Source: a virus
Lineage: Duplodnaviria; Caudoviricetes
Direction: 5' to 3' (one strand)
Virus record (IMG/VR): IMGVR_UViG_3300021956_000015
Location: 1 to 60,012 of that record
Length of the DNA: 60,012 bases
Within the stretch, counting starts at the first letter, position 1. Each line of letters starts with the position of its first letter. The notes under the pieces were generated by a model. That model was not told the origin of the DNA and searched no databases. It was given only the letters and a program-made list of their open reading frames with translations. Position numbers and translations under genes: made by a program. Positions 25,879 through 34,731 of this stretch are shown here, piece after piece.

Positions 25879-26176
25879 GCTTTCTCCTCTCGCAGGCAAT
25901 GGCCACAATGGCGTGGCCGGCAATGTCCATCAGGGTCTTGTCCCTAGTAATTGTCTCCAGCGGGCCCCTGAGCCGCCGGGATTTCTCGCCGATGCGGGCG
26001 GCCTGGTAACGCCAGGCTTCGATGCCGTCCTGCTCCACGCCCAGGGCGTTTTCCAGGCAGTCCTCGCCGCATCCGTAGTAGGTCCTCTTCCTGGTCAGCA
26101 GCCGGTACAGCTCGTCGCACAGCTCCCGGTACGGGTCACCAGTTGACGTCTCTTGAGGCTGAGACGATTCGTCCAT
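25868..26176 (-). CDS. DUF1599 / nucleotide-modification-associated domain 1 protein
   Basis: LTRKR--YG..D-LEN..RIGEK--RL..DKTLMDIAGHAI. Confidence 0.7.
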   Translation of the reverse strand: MDESSQPQETSTGDPYRELCDELYRLLTRKRTYYGCGEDCLENALGVEQDGIEAWRYQAARIGEKSRRLRGPLETITRDKTLMDIAGHAIVAIACERRKHGR

Positions 26177-26474
26177 ACTCAGCCCAGAAACTGGCTGTGT
26201 GAGGGTCCTCGTCGTCGGTGCAAAGGTACGCAGTTCTGGCATGGGCCCACTCCTCGCAACAGGTGTCAATGAAACTATCTGCGCCGCACGTGTTGGCGAT
26301 GCAGATCACTCCTCTGTTCTCGTCCTCGTCAAAGCAGAAGTAACCCAGCATGTCAGGCATGCTTTTGGGGTCCCTCAGGTAGCACCTTAGCGGGAACGGA
26401 ACTGGGAACTTCCTCTGAGCCCACCTCCGAAACCGCTTTAGCAACAGCCTTCTCCAGTCGCAGGACGAACTCAT
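26136..26474 (-). CDS. Zincin-like metallopeptidase homolog
   Basis: EEWAH (HExxH variant) with downstream H..FW-EYG. Confidence 0.5.
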   Translation of the reverse strand: MSSSCDWRRLLLKRFRRWAQRKFPVPFPLRCYLRDPKSMPDMLGYFCFDEDENRGVICIANTCGADSFIDTCCEEWAHARTAYLCTDDEDPHTASFWAEYGRIVSASRDVNW

Positions 26475-26775
26475 ACAGGCGCTCCGCCGGCAGGGTCACC
26501 AGCCATGGCGACCGGCTCTTCCGGTGGAGCACAACCGGGATGGCATCCCCGGCGTCGTCGGCTGCCTGTTTCATCCAGGCCCGGACCGACTCCCGCTCCA
26601 CAAACTTGACCTCCCAGTGAATGCCCTCAATGTCCACGCGGATATCCGCGGAGTCCTTGCCGCCCTGAAACTGGACGCCACGCCTGGCCGGATTCGCCAG
26701 CCGCAGGGCCGCGGTAATCGCCTTGGCAGCGGCCCGCTCGCCTCGCTTGCCCTTCTCACGCTGGCTGCGGCTCAT
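26353..26775 (-). CDS. Holliday junction resolvase (PD-(D/E)XK, Hjc-like)
   Basis: KGKRGER..D....EVK..W--QA..PVV-HR..W. Confidence 0.8.
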   Translation of the reverse strand: MSRSQREKGKRGERAAAKAITAALRLANPARRGVQFQGGKDSADIRVDIEGIHWEVKFVERESVRAWMKQAADDAGDAIPVVLHRKSRSPWLVTLPAERLYEFVLRLEKAVAKAVSEVGSEEVPSSVPAKVLPEGPQKHA

Positions 26776-27035
26776 TTCAACCTCACAAACAGGGGGCCGT
26801 TGTCACCCACGTAGGCGCCCAGGACGTTGAAGTCCATGTACTCCTCCGCCTCTTCGTCGGTCATGCCGGAGTCAACGAGAATCTGGACGCACTTGGCCAG
26901 GTCATACACGGCGACAACAGGGTGGTGATGGTTCGCGGTGCGTCCGATGACGGCATCCTCAAACCCGTCTGCCAGCAGGGCGTCAGGGTTCTCGTCCTCA
27001 AGGGCCCAGTCATCGTCGTTACGGATGGAGATCAT
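26772..27035 (-). CDS. Conserved phage hypothetical protein
   Basis: ADGFEDAVIG..VYD..GM--EEAEEY-DFNV-GAYVG. Confidence 0.8.
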   Translation of the reverse strand: MISIRNDDDWALEDENPDALLADGFEDAVIGRTANHHHPVVAVYDLAKCVQILVDSGMTDEEAEEYMDFNVLGAYVGDNGPLFVRLK

Positions 27036-27433
27036 GGCTTCCTTGCCCAGTCCAGGTTCGTCTGCCTCTCTGCGAGGTAGAACGCGTGCGGTTCTTCCGG
27101 CTCGTATCCAAGGTGCTTCTTGTGCCGCAGCGAGGCGAGGTACGCCGGATCGTAGTTCTCCGGGTCGCACTGCTGCTTCGCCCACAGCATTGTACGCTTG
27201 TACAGTTCCGGGAAGTTACCAGCTATTCGTCCGTTGTGCAAAACGTCATGGCATCGCGAGCACAGCCGGAGAAAGTTTCTGATGTCATGCTTCCTGCCAG
27301 CGCCCTGCTGAAGGTGATGGACTTCCAAACGTCTGCGGCCATCTGACTCCGGCCACCAGCACACAGCACAACAGCGATGCAGCTGCACCCACTCTTCCAG
27401 CGCCGCCTGCTCCGCCTTCGTCATCCTCGCCAT
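27032..27433 (-). CDS. HNH-like nuclease
   Basis: CAVC..EVHHL..N-LRLCSRCH. Confidence 0.75.
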   Translation of the reverse strand: MARMTKAEQAALEEWVQLHRCCAVCWWPESDGRRRLEVHHLQQGAGRKHDIRNFLRLCSRCHDVLHNGRIAGNFPELYKRTMLWAKQQCDPENYDPAYLASLRHKKHLGYEPEEPHAFYLAERQTNLDWARKP

Positions 27434-27783
27434 CAGCGGTCAAACGGGCATGAACGCGGGTCGCCACCCATCGCCAGCCACTCTCCGCGACTCTTCTGAA
27501 ACCCTTCGCCGATAAACTCGCCGGCATGGGCCACCTTCGCGGGCCTTGCCGCACGGGCCACCGTTGGCGCGCTGCGGGCCCGCTTGAAGTCAAAGGCCCC
27601 TATGGCCGCCTGCGCCGCAATCGCGTCTCTGGAGCCCGCGCAGGAGGCCCTGCGGCGAAGCTCGTCAATGACGCACTGATGCGGGCTGGCCATCGTCTCC
27701 ATGGCCCACTCCAGGTACTTCATCGGTACGTCGCATGCCGGAAGACCCCTGTGCTTGCCGAACGTAAAAGTGCCGCAATCCAT
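27433..27783 (-). CDS. DUF3820-like protein
   Basis: FTFGKHRG----DVP--YLEW; AGGAGG RBS. Confidence 0.75.
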   Translation of the reverse strand: MDCGTFTFGKHRGLPACDVPMKYLEWAMETMASPHQCVIDELRRRASCAGSRDAIAAQAAIGAFDFKRARSAPTVARAARPAKVAHAGEFIGEGFQKSRGEWLAMGGDPRSCPFDR

Positions 27784-28064
27784 GCGATTTTCCTCCTGTT
27801 TGCGCAGCCCGGCTTAAATGAGAGGTAGGGACCACTCACCGACGCCGCAGCGTCACGGGCCACCGGGCCGCTTATCGTTTACCTCATTGCCAGCTCCCGC
27901 CGGGGGTGGAGCTGGACCTTCGTCAGCCGGTGGACTGCCTTGTGCGGACTAGCCGCTCCTGCGATAGGGCAGGCGTTTGTTTATGCTCGCGCTTTTGGTT
28001 ACCAGTCGGCGGGTGCTGCGAGAAAATGAACCGCCTCGGACACTCCTGTATCACGGTGCGTGTG
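27784..28064 (-). ncRNA. Candidate structured non-coding RNA or origin region
   Basis: About 280 bp gap in a tightly coupled operon with nested inverted repeats; strand inferred from flanking genes. Confidence 0.35.
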
Positions 28065-28280
28065 TCACGCAACCGAACTCTCCAACTCACCCACTCTCGC
28101 CCGCAAAGAGGCCACTTGGGCCTTCTGCTCGGCAAGCAGGTCCTCAAGCTCGCGGATGCGAAACTGGGCATCGCCCAGGGCGCCTGCCGCAATCTTCAGG
28201 AGGCTGCGCGGGTCATGGTCGGTTGCGAACGGATCGTTGTAACACTTAAGAAGTGTTACTATCAGAGACTCTGTACTCAT
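28065..28280 (-). CDS. Hypothetical coiled-coil protein
   Basis: ATGA coupling, 71 aa. Confidence 0.65.
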   Translation of the reverse strand: MSTESLIVTLLKCYNDPFATDHDPRSLLKIAAGALGDAQFRIRELEDLLAEQKAQVASLRARVGELESSVA

Positions 28281-28516
28281 GTGAACCTTTCTGCTCTCAG
28301 CTGTTTGATCTCACGCGCTGCGGCTGCCGCAGAGTCGGCGTAGCAGTCGATCACGGTGTACAACCGTTCGATCTCATCGGCTGCCTTGCGAAGCAGCTCT
28401 GACCTGTCAATCGCCCTGGCTTGCGATGCGCTCTCGCGCAGAGCCGACGGCAGCAGCGAGCGATAAGACGGCGACATGTCCAGCGGGTCGCTCATATCAG
28501 ACGCCACCGATAGCAC
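28277..28516 (-). CDS. Hypothetical protein
   Basis: KAADEIERL motif; start uncertain. Confidence 0.6.
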   Translation of the reverse strand: MLSVASDMSDPLDMSPSYRSLLPSALRESASQARAIDRSELLRKAADEIERLYTVIDCYADSAAAAAREIKQLRAERFT

Positions 28517-28607
28517 AGGCCAATGGCGACGCCCAATGTCAACAGCATGCAGGCGAACAGATCGGTCATTCCTGAATCATCCTCGGCGTGTTACGAAGCA
28601 CACTGCT

Positions 28608-28626
28608 GCATAAACACTGGTTCTGT
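28608..28626 (+). mobile_element. attI-like recombination site
   Basis: GCATAAA-CACTG-GTTCTGT, same L-5bp-R geometry as attI1; R box complementary to R'' of the downstream attC. Confidence 0.5.
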
Positions 28627-28628
28627 GG

Positions 28629-28940
28629 CTACTTGTCGTCGCTCGGCGGGGCCGGGAGCGGCATCCAGTGCGTGATCTTCTTGCCTGGATTGTCGTCGGC
28701 GTCTCGCCATTGTCGGTACGAATCCAGATAGGCGAGGTGTAGGCCATTGCTCTGGCTCCACACCAGCACCATCAAGTCATTGACCGGGCACCGCTCCGTC
28801 ACCGAAATCCAATCCGGCTCGGCTGCAATCCGAACGATGTCCGCGATGCCTTTCGCCAGCACTTCGGCTTGATCGTTCGCCACAGAACCAGCGGATGCAA
28901 GAGACGGCTCGGCACCGTCCTGCGTGTTGTCGTCGTTCAT
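28629..28940 (-). CDS. DUF551-family protein inside an integron-like cassette
   Basis: WISVTERCP...VLV...ITHWMPLPAPP. Confidence 0.85.
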   Translation of the reverse strand: MNDDNTQDGAEPSLASAGSVANDQAEVLAKGIADIVRIAAEPDWISVTERCPVNDLMVLVWSQSNGLHLAYLDSYRQWRDADDNPGKKITHWMPLPAPPSDDK

Positions 28941-28971
28941 CGTTCGCCGCTCCTGATCCTGCGTGTTCTCA
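28882..28971 (+). mobile_element. attC-like integron cassette recombination site
   Basis: R'' ACAGAAC-5bp-L'' GATGCAAG ... L' CCTGATC-6bp-R' GTTCTCA, with two extrahelical bases. Confidence 0.75.
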
Positions 28972-29352
28972 CTCTAGCCGATCAAGCAAACCGCGCAACG
29001 CGGCCAACTCCTCGTCGCACTCAGTTGCGGTCGTCGCAGCCATCTCCACGCACCACACAATGGCAGACCGCTCCTCGTCGGTGAGCGTGAACGGCGTTAG
29101 CGTGCAGTATTGCGTCACGGTTCCGGTGACGTGCGGGCAGGCTGGCGAGTTTTCCTGCGACGAAACTTGACGCGGGTCATCAATCTGGACGATCACGCTT
29201 CCGTTGACAACCGACAGCGTGGCGTCCTGATCTGCGAAACGGCGGATGGCTGTGCGCAGCCGCTCAATCTCCTCCGCCGCACGCTCGCACAGCGCGTCCA
29301 CACCCTTGCCGGCGTACGCCCTGTCGCGGAGCTGGTCAACGATGTCGATCAC
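28969..29352 (-). CDS. Hypothetical protein
   Basis: DIVDQLR..AAEEIERLR..TLTDEERSAI; stop codon lies in the attC R' box. Confidence 0.75.
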   Translation of the reverse strand: MIDIVDQLRDRAYAGKGVDALCERAAEEIERLRTAIRRFADQDATLSVVNGSVIVQIDDPRQVSSQENSPACPHVTGTVTQYCTLTPFTLTDEERSAIVWCVEMAATTATECDEELAALRGLLDRLE

Positions 29353-29558
29353 GGATGGGCCTCCAGCATCGCGTCAGGAATCATGCCCCTGACCTCCTCG
29401 GCCAGGAGCACGGCGTCGTCGCTTGCGTCACCGTGCTTGATCAGGCTCCTGCAGCGATGGTCGATGTCCCATAGCGCGCATATGGCCTTCTGCCCTAGCA
29501 GGGCTGCCTGAAACTCGTAGTCATCGTCCGGCAGGTTGAAGTTCAGTGATGCTTTCAT
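29349..29558 (-). CDS. Conserved phage hypothetical protein
   Basis: MKASLNFNLPDD--EF..LWDID--CR--IKHG. Confidence 0.75.
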   Translation of the reverse strand: MKASLNFNLPDDDYEFQAALLGQKAICALWDIDHRCRSLIKHGDASDDAVLLAEEVRGMIPDAMLEAHP

Positions 29559-29640
29559 CGCTCGCTCACCAGTGACACAACCAGGACAATGGAAAACACC
29601 ATGATCCAGAACAGTTCGACCGGCATCGCATCGATGGCGT

Positions 29641-29910
29641 TCATGGCCAACTCGGATACAGCAGGACACCGCACTTGGTATCCGGGTCCAGGACTTCCAC
29701 GGCGGCCGTCCGCGGGAACGTAGTGCTGACCAGGTTGCAGATGTCGTCGTACGGCATCTCCGCCAGGACCTCGGCGTGCTCGTCGGCCCACATCTGCACG
29801 GCGGCGTGATCCCTGGCGAACCCAGGATCATCGTCCCCGCAGTTCATCCACAGCCGCATATCGAACCGCGGGTTGCGGATCATCACCATGTTCTCCCTAA
29901 CGCTGGCCAT
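29641..29910 (-). CDS. Hypothetical protein
   Basis: AGGAGGT RBS; AAVEVLD..GV. Confidence 0.65.
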   Translation of the reverse strand: MASVRENMVMIRNPRFDMRLWMNCGDDDPGFARDHAAVQMWADEHAEVLAEMPYDDICNLVSTTFPRTAAVEVLDPDTKCGVLLYPSWP

Positions 29911-29969
29911 GATGGACCTCCTTGGTGTCCTTGCAGTAGTAGCCTTCCCCAGGGACCTCCCCCCAGGAA

Positions 29970-30632
29970 TCAACCAGAATCTTCCGGAGCCTTGCGACCT
30001 CGGCCTCTAGCCGACGGATCACACCGATCATCTCCGTCGCCTTCTTCTCCGAACGCTCCAGTCGCTCCGTCAACCCACTGCAGGCCTGACGTTGGGAACA
30101 GCATGGCGCAGAGCTGGTCGGCGTGCCTGAGGAAACTGGACGGGGCGACGAGGGTTGGCATTGCGAACCCTCGCATGCCGTCATAGACGACACGCTCTTC
30201 CCAGGATTCGTCGCGGTCGATGGAGCAGAGCCACACCCACTTGCCGGTGACCTGGGACACATAGACCCAGGCGAATGGCTGCTCGCCCTTGCGGAGTCCG
30301 GTGACGTCATCAACGAAGACGGTGTCATAGGGGAAGTCGTCTGGTCCTGTGAACTCAAGGCTTCGGAGCTTGATTTCGATGGCGACTGCCGCCACCGCGT
30401 CCGGGGTTGGACAGAAGTCCTTGCGAGGGTTGTGTTCCGGCAGGACGAGTTTGATTCCGTCGGCGACAGCGCGGCCGTGGATCGTCCGCATCGACTCCAC
30501 CCACGCGTGCTCTGCCTTGTGGGCCTTTGACAGGACGTTCAGGAACTTCTCCTTGGACCATCCGGTCGATGTTGACTTGCCTGACCCGCGCTGCCCTCCT
30601 GGCGATCTCCGCGGGGCTGATCTCTTTGGCAT
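29970..30632 (-). CDS. PD-(D/E)XK nuclease-like protein
   Basis: E...PD......IEIK-R; start uncertain. Confidence 0.55.
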   Translation of the reverse strand: MPKRSAPRRSPGGQRGSGKSTSTGWSKEKFLNVLSKAHKAEHAWVESMRTIHGRAVADGIKLVLPEHNPRKDFCPTPDAVAAVAIEIKLRSLEFTGPDDFPYDTVFVDDVTGLRKGEQPFAWVYVSQVTGKWVWLCSIDRDESWEERVVYDGMRGFAMPTLVAPSSFLRHADQLCAMLFPTSGLQWVDGATGAFGEEGDGDDRCDPSARGRGRKAPEDSG

Positions 30633-30990
30633 CGATGTCCTCCCAGAACTCCGTGCTCAGCGGCTCTGCCCTGCGGATGTCCGATGACCTCCGCTCGCAG
30701 TCCGCCACCTGGTCCACCGTGACCCTGAACGCACTGGCGATGTCAGCGTGGGTACGTTCCGGATAGCCAAGACTCAGGACTATCAGCCGCTCCCGGCTCG
30801 GCAGGCGATGCCGCCGCAGCAGCGACACCATCCTCTTGCCGACGTCCGGGCTCAGCTCCAGGGACTCCCACACTCTCCGCGGAGGCTCCCTGTTGACGAA
30901 CACTCGCCGCCAGATGTCTGGCGCTACGGCGAGCGGAACGCCCAAAGAACCAATCCTTAACTCTTGTCCACAACGAACGCCTTGGCTCAT
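30355..30990 (-). CDS. Hypothetical protein with HTH-like segment
   Basis: GAGGAG RBS; THADIASAFRVTVDQV; 3' end overlaps the next gene. Confidence 0.55.
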   Translation of the reverse strand: MSQGVRCGQELRIGSLGVPLAVAPDIWRRVFVNREPPRRVWESLELSPDVGKRMVSLLRRHRLPSRERLIVLSLGYPERTHADIASAFRVTVDQVADCERRSSDIRRAEPLSTEFWEDIDAKEISPAEIARRAARVRQVNIDRMVQGEVPERPVKGPQGRARVGGVDADDPRPRCRRRNQTRPAGTQPSQGLLSNPGRGGGSRHRNQAPKP

Positions 30991-31052
30991 GCTCTTTCTC
31001 CTCCTCAGAAGCAAACGGGAAAGCCTCGTCAAGCCTGAACACCGATGCGATC

Positions 31053-32594
31053 TCATCCAGGGTGTCCTGCAGAAGCGCGTCGCCTCGCCTTCTCCCGCTG
31101 GAAGAAGTTCTTCTGCCATCCCTTGATGTTGGGTTGCCGCAGGGCCCAGTCGATGTAGCCATCGTCAAGCTCTCCCATGGTTCGACCCGCCATCCGCCCA
31201 CGCAGCGGGCAGCGGTACTCGCTGATGCATTTCTTCTTGCCGGCCAGCTCAACGTCATGGCCATGCAGCCGCCCGGTGGCCGTGCCACGCATGGCCTTCA
31301 GGCCCTCCTCCAGCAGCTTGGCCGTGCGGACGTCTTCCGCCGCCTGGGCCAGAAGGTCGCCAGGGTCTTCGGCGTCGCCCTCCGCGGCACGCCCGCGGGC
31401 ACGGGCGATCACTTCCTTGTCCTCGTCGTCCTTGGCGAACATGTCCACCGCGGTGACGATGGAGTGATCCTCCGTGGAGCCGGTGATATCCACTATCTTG
31501 AACCAGGGCTTGTCGCCGCTGGCGATGGACAGGAGCCTTGCGGCAACGCCCTCCATGCCTGGAGCGGACAACTCCTCCCGGCCGTCCACATCGCCAGGAG
31601 CGGGCCGCGTGGCACGGCCGATGACCTGCTTGAAGAGCACGCGGCTCTTCGTCGGCCGGAACATGAACACCGTCCTCGTCACCGGGGCATCGAAGCCCAT
31701 GGTGGCGATCTGGCAGTTGCACAGCAGGTCAATCTCGCCGGCCCGGTAGCGGTTGATGATCAGGTTCCGCTCGTCATCCGACTGGATGCGGGTGTCGCCA
31801 ACGATGAACTCAGCCCGCATGCCGTATGCGTTCCGGGCCAGTTCTGCCAGGGACATGGCCGTCCGCACGCCAGGCAGGAACGCCAGCGCTGCGCCGACTC
31901 GCTCCTTCTGGACGATCAGGCACATCTGGTGCAGCGGCCTGGAGGCGCCGAGCACCAGGTCCAGGTCGCTCGCGGAGAAGTCGCCACCAGTCACCTTGAC
32001 CTGGCTGGTGTCCAGCCCGTCCACGCGGACGATCTTGGCCCGCGGAGACAGGCACCACCCGTCTTCAATGCCACGCTTCAGGTCGTACTCAAACGCGACC
32101 GTCTCGTAGAAGTCCATCAGCCGCTTGCCGTCCATGCGGAACGGCGTGGCCGTGAAGCCGATGATGATCCCGCCGTGATCCTGAAACTCCCGCAGCATCG
32201 CCAGCACGGCCGGCGAGTACTGTGTGTGGGCCTCGTCAACGATGACGATGCGAGTGCCCAGGAATCGCTTGTATCTCGGCGTCTTCCCAGAGAGCAGCGT
32301 CTGGCGGCTGGCGATGGTCACGCGACCGCGGTAGCAGTTCGCCCACTGGTCGCTCATCTCCAGCTGCGACGTCTCTCCGGTGATCTTGTCGGCGGTGGTG
32401 GCGCACTGCCACACCAGCTCACGCATCGGTGCGATCACCAGCACCTTGCTGTTGCTGCACATCCGTGCCAGCAAGCTGAAAACCACAGTCTTGCCAGCCC
32501 CCGTGAACAGGACGGCCAGCATCGACCTGGCCCCCTGAGCGATGGCCGCGAGAATCCGCTCGCAGCATTCCGTCTGGTAATCCCTTGCCTTCAT
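31053..32594 (-). CDS. Superfamily 2 (DEAH) helicase
   Basis: RDYQ, TGAGKT, DEAH, TATP, GFDAP, QVIGRATR. Confidence 0.95.
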   Translation of the reverse strand: MKARDYQTECCERILAAIAQGARSMLAVLFTGAGKTVVFSLLARMCSNSKVLVIAPMRELVWQCATTADKITGETSQLEMSDQWANCYRGRVTIASRQTLLSGKTPRYKRFLGTRIVIVDEAHTQYSPAVLAMLREFQDHGGIIIGFTATPFRMDGKRLMDFYETVAFEYDLKRGIEDGWCLSPRAKIVRVDGLDTSQVKVTGGDFSASDLDLVLGASRPLHQMCLIVQKERVGAALAFLPGVRTAMSLAELARNAYGMRAEFIVGDTRIQSDDERNLIINRYRAGEIDLLCNCQIATMGFDAPVTRTVFMFRPTKSRVLFKQVIGRATRPAPGDVDGREELSAPGMEGVAARLLSIASGDKPWFKIVDITGSTEDHSIVTAVDMFAKDDEDKEVIARARGRAAEGDAEDPGDLLAQAAEDVRTAKLLEEGLKAMRGTATGRLHGHDVELAGKKKCISEYRCPLRGRMAGRTMGELDDGYIDWALRQPNIKGWQKNFFQREKARRRASAGHPG

Positions 32595-32684
32595 GTCGCC
32601 CTCCTCCTTGGCGGCGGCGCCGGGGGCATCCCGCCCCCAGCGCCGTAATCCGTTCGCCAGCCGGCCTCATGCCAGCACAGTGCC

Positions 32685-33020
32685 CTAGAACGCAGACTCC
32701 TCCTGCCGCTCACGGGCACCACCCAGCAGCGTCACCTCACGGACCTGCAGGCCCGTGTGCGTGCGCTTCTGTCCGTCCTTCTCGTAGCTGCGGCTCTTGA
32801 GCGATCCGGTCACGCAGATCGTCTTGCCGCGGGTCAGGTACTCAGCCACCTGGCCCGGCCTCCAGTAGTCGCAGTCCAGGAACAGGACGTCGCCGTCCTT
32901 GCGTCCATTGACTGCGATGGCGAACGAGGCGACCTCGTTCTCACCGACCATCTTGACCTCGGCATCCCGGGTGAGATTGCCGACAAACGTGCACACATTG
33001 ACTCCGCTGGCCATCGTCAT
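32685..33020 (-). CDS. ssb: Single-stranded DNA-binding protein
   Basis: GNLTRDAE, F-IAVN, YL-RG--I-VTG-L-SR-YE-DGQKR, acidic-aromatic C-terminus. Confidence 0.93.
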   Translation of the reverse strand: MTMASGVNVCTFVGNLTRDAEVKMVGENEVASFAIAVNGRKDGDVLFLDCDYWRPGQVAEYLTRGKTICVTGSLKSRSYEKDGQKRTHTGLQVREVTLLGGARERQEESAF

Positions 33021-33670
33021 GCCTCCTGGAAACGGGTGGAAACCAACTCACTCATCCGGTCGAACACGGCCTGATCGCAGACACGCTCGCTCACGCGGAG
33101 CTTGATGCGGTCCAGCGTCTTCTGGGCGTCGGCCATGGTCTTGGCCTTGTCGATCTCGCCCTTCGCAATGGCTTCGATCTGCAGGCTCTTGTCCGTGCGT
33201 TGCGGAGCCTTGGCCTTGGCGGTCGCCTGCGGCATCACCTTCTGGGCGTCGTCGTCGTCCTCGGCCCACGCACCGACCAGACCCAGCAGCAGGTACTTCT
33301 TGGCGTAGGTGTAGGCAGAGCCCAGGGACTGCATGTCCTTGCGCTCCACGCCCTCCTTGTCCACCCCCAGGTACACCGGGCACAGGCTGGTGACGAACTC
33401 GCCACTGCTGTGCCGCAGCGTGCCCACCGCGATCCACTCGCCGCCGACACGCGTCAGGCACACCTGCGGCAGCGGGAACCCGTGCTGGTTGAGAGGCTCC
33501 CGCAGGGCCTCGCAGATGTCGCTGTACCGCATGTACTTGTAGCGACCGAACGTGTTGTTGCCGCCCTTCTCAACGGCAGGGAACTTGGCCTGAGCCTTCA
33601 CCAGCGCTCCGACCAGAGTCGTCGTCTCCGGGCTCGTCGTCAGTCCCGGCAATCCATGGTCAACAATCAT
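33017..33670 (-). CDS. ERF-family single-strand annealing protein
   Basis: ALVKAQ, N-F--YKY, H-SGE, Q-LGSA-TYAKKY-L, EDDDDA. Confidence 0.9.
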   Translation of the reverse strand: MIVDHGLPGLTTSPETTTLVGALVKAQAKFPAVEKGGNNTFGRYKYMRYSDICEALREPLNQHGFPLPQVCLTRVGGEWIAVGTLRHSSGEFVTSLCPVYLGVDKEGVERKDMQSLGSAYTYAKKYLLLGLVGAWAEDDDDAQKVMPQATAKAKAPQRTDKSLQIEAIAKGEIDKAKTMADAQKTLDRIKLRVSERVCDQAVFDRMSELVSTRFQEA

Positions 33671-34542
33671 CGCCTTCCTCCTGTGAAAAACGCTGGGAAC
33701 TCCAGCTCCGTCTCCTCGTCGTCCTCCGGTGCCCTGTACTCGCTCAGCTGTCGCCGCAGCCGAATCTGGTCCAGGGTCACCTTGATCTGCTCGCGAGCCT
33801 CCTCCACCAGTTCCTCTGGCAGGGTAAGCACACGCACCGCGTGCGGCTTGCTCGTCTGGGCGAAGATGAATCGCAGCTGGTGGTAGTCCCAGCCGCAAGC
33901 CATCGCTGCGTCCACGTACCATGCTGCCTGCCACAGGTAGCCGAACGAGTCGCAGGAGCGCCACAGGTCCTTCCAGTCGGAGGATGTGGTCTTGTAGTCC
34001 CAGAGAAACGCTTCGGTCACACCGTCAGCCAGTGACTTGCGCTTGTGACCGTGAGCGTCCTCATGCCGGAACGCGGCCTGCATGTCCTTGGTCGCTTCCA
34101 GAATCTGGCGAGCACGCTTGTTCTTCAGCGTGTTCTGGACGATGCGGTTGAGCTTCCACCAGTCGGCCGCCGACACTTCCATGCGGCCCTGGTTCTGCTC
34201 CTTCCACTCTGTGTACGCCTTGCCACGGCGAGCCCCGTTCGACAGGACCTCCTCAGGCGGGATCACGTAGCGGTCTTCCAGCCGCACGCCGGCCACCACC
34301 ATTGGGATGGCCCGGTCCACAAGCGTTCCGAAGTCCGTTCCGGCGTTGCCGCTGAACAACTGTTCCCCGTTGTCCAACGCCTCCTGGGCCAGGCCGCCGC
34401 CCTTGAAAACGGAGTGGGCGAACGAGCGTGTCAGGTAGCCGTCGTCCTGCCGGTACGCCCTATCTATGGCGTCCTGGTCAAGGAGTGTCCCGTTTGTGGA
34501 ATCCAGGCAACCTGGGGAATACGATCCAAATGTGACGGTCAT
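33667..34542 (-). CDS. RecE/exonuclease VIII-like PD-(D/E)XK exonuclease (DUF3799-like)
   Basis: FGT-V, K--AD, DYKTT, Y--QAAWY, FIF; next to ERF gene. Confidence 0.8.
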   Translation of the reverse strand: MTVTFGSYSPGCLDSTNGTLLDQDAIDRAYRQDDGYLTRSFAHSVFKGGGLAQEALDNGEQLFSGNAGTDFGTLVDRAIPMVVAGVRLEDRYVIPPEEVLSNGARRGKAYTEWKEQNQGRMEVSAADWWKLNRIVQNTLKNKRARQILEATKDMQAAFRHEDAHGHKRKSLADGVTEAFLWDYKTTSSDWKDLWRSCDSFGYLWQAAWYVDAAMACGWDYHQLRFIFAQTSKPHAVRVLTLPEELVEEAREQIKVTLDQIRLRRQLSEYRAPEDDEETELEFPAFFTGGRR

Positions 34543-34692
34543 CGGACCGCCTCCCGCAGGCAGACGACGGCCTGGCGAGGGAGTCCAAGGACCAGCAGCG
34601 TCAACGCGGCGCCGCAGAGGATGGAGGCAGAGGCGGCCAGAATGCCAAGCCTCAGGGCAGCGCTAGCCAACTGAGCTAGTTGCCCGGGGTGC

Positions 34693-34722
34693 TTGACAGG
34701 GCCGCAAATTGCGCAACTGTCA
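34693..34722. promoter_or_regulatory. Palindromic site overlapping a TTGACA upstream of the tyrosine recombinase
   Basis: TGACAG-GGC-CGCAA-A-TTGCG-CAA-CTGTCA. Confidence 0.5.
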
Positions 34723-34731
34723 GGTATCGCC

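Noticed and set aside
29100-29400. A second attC closing the next cassette
   Set aside because: No R'' complementary to GTTCTCA and no attC-like stem found by eye
30743-31100. Protein-like alternative frame (DALLQDTLDEIASVF...) suggesting a helicase frameshift
   Set aside because: No slippery site is evident, and a strong RBS supports the separate gene starting at 30990
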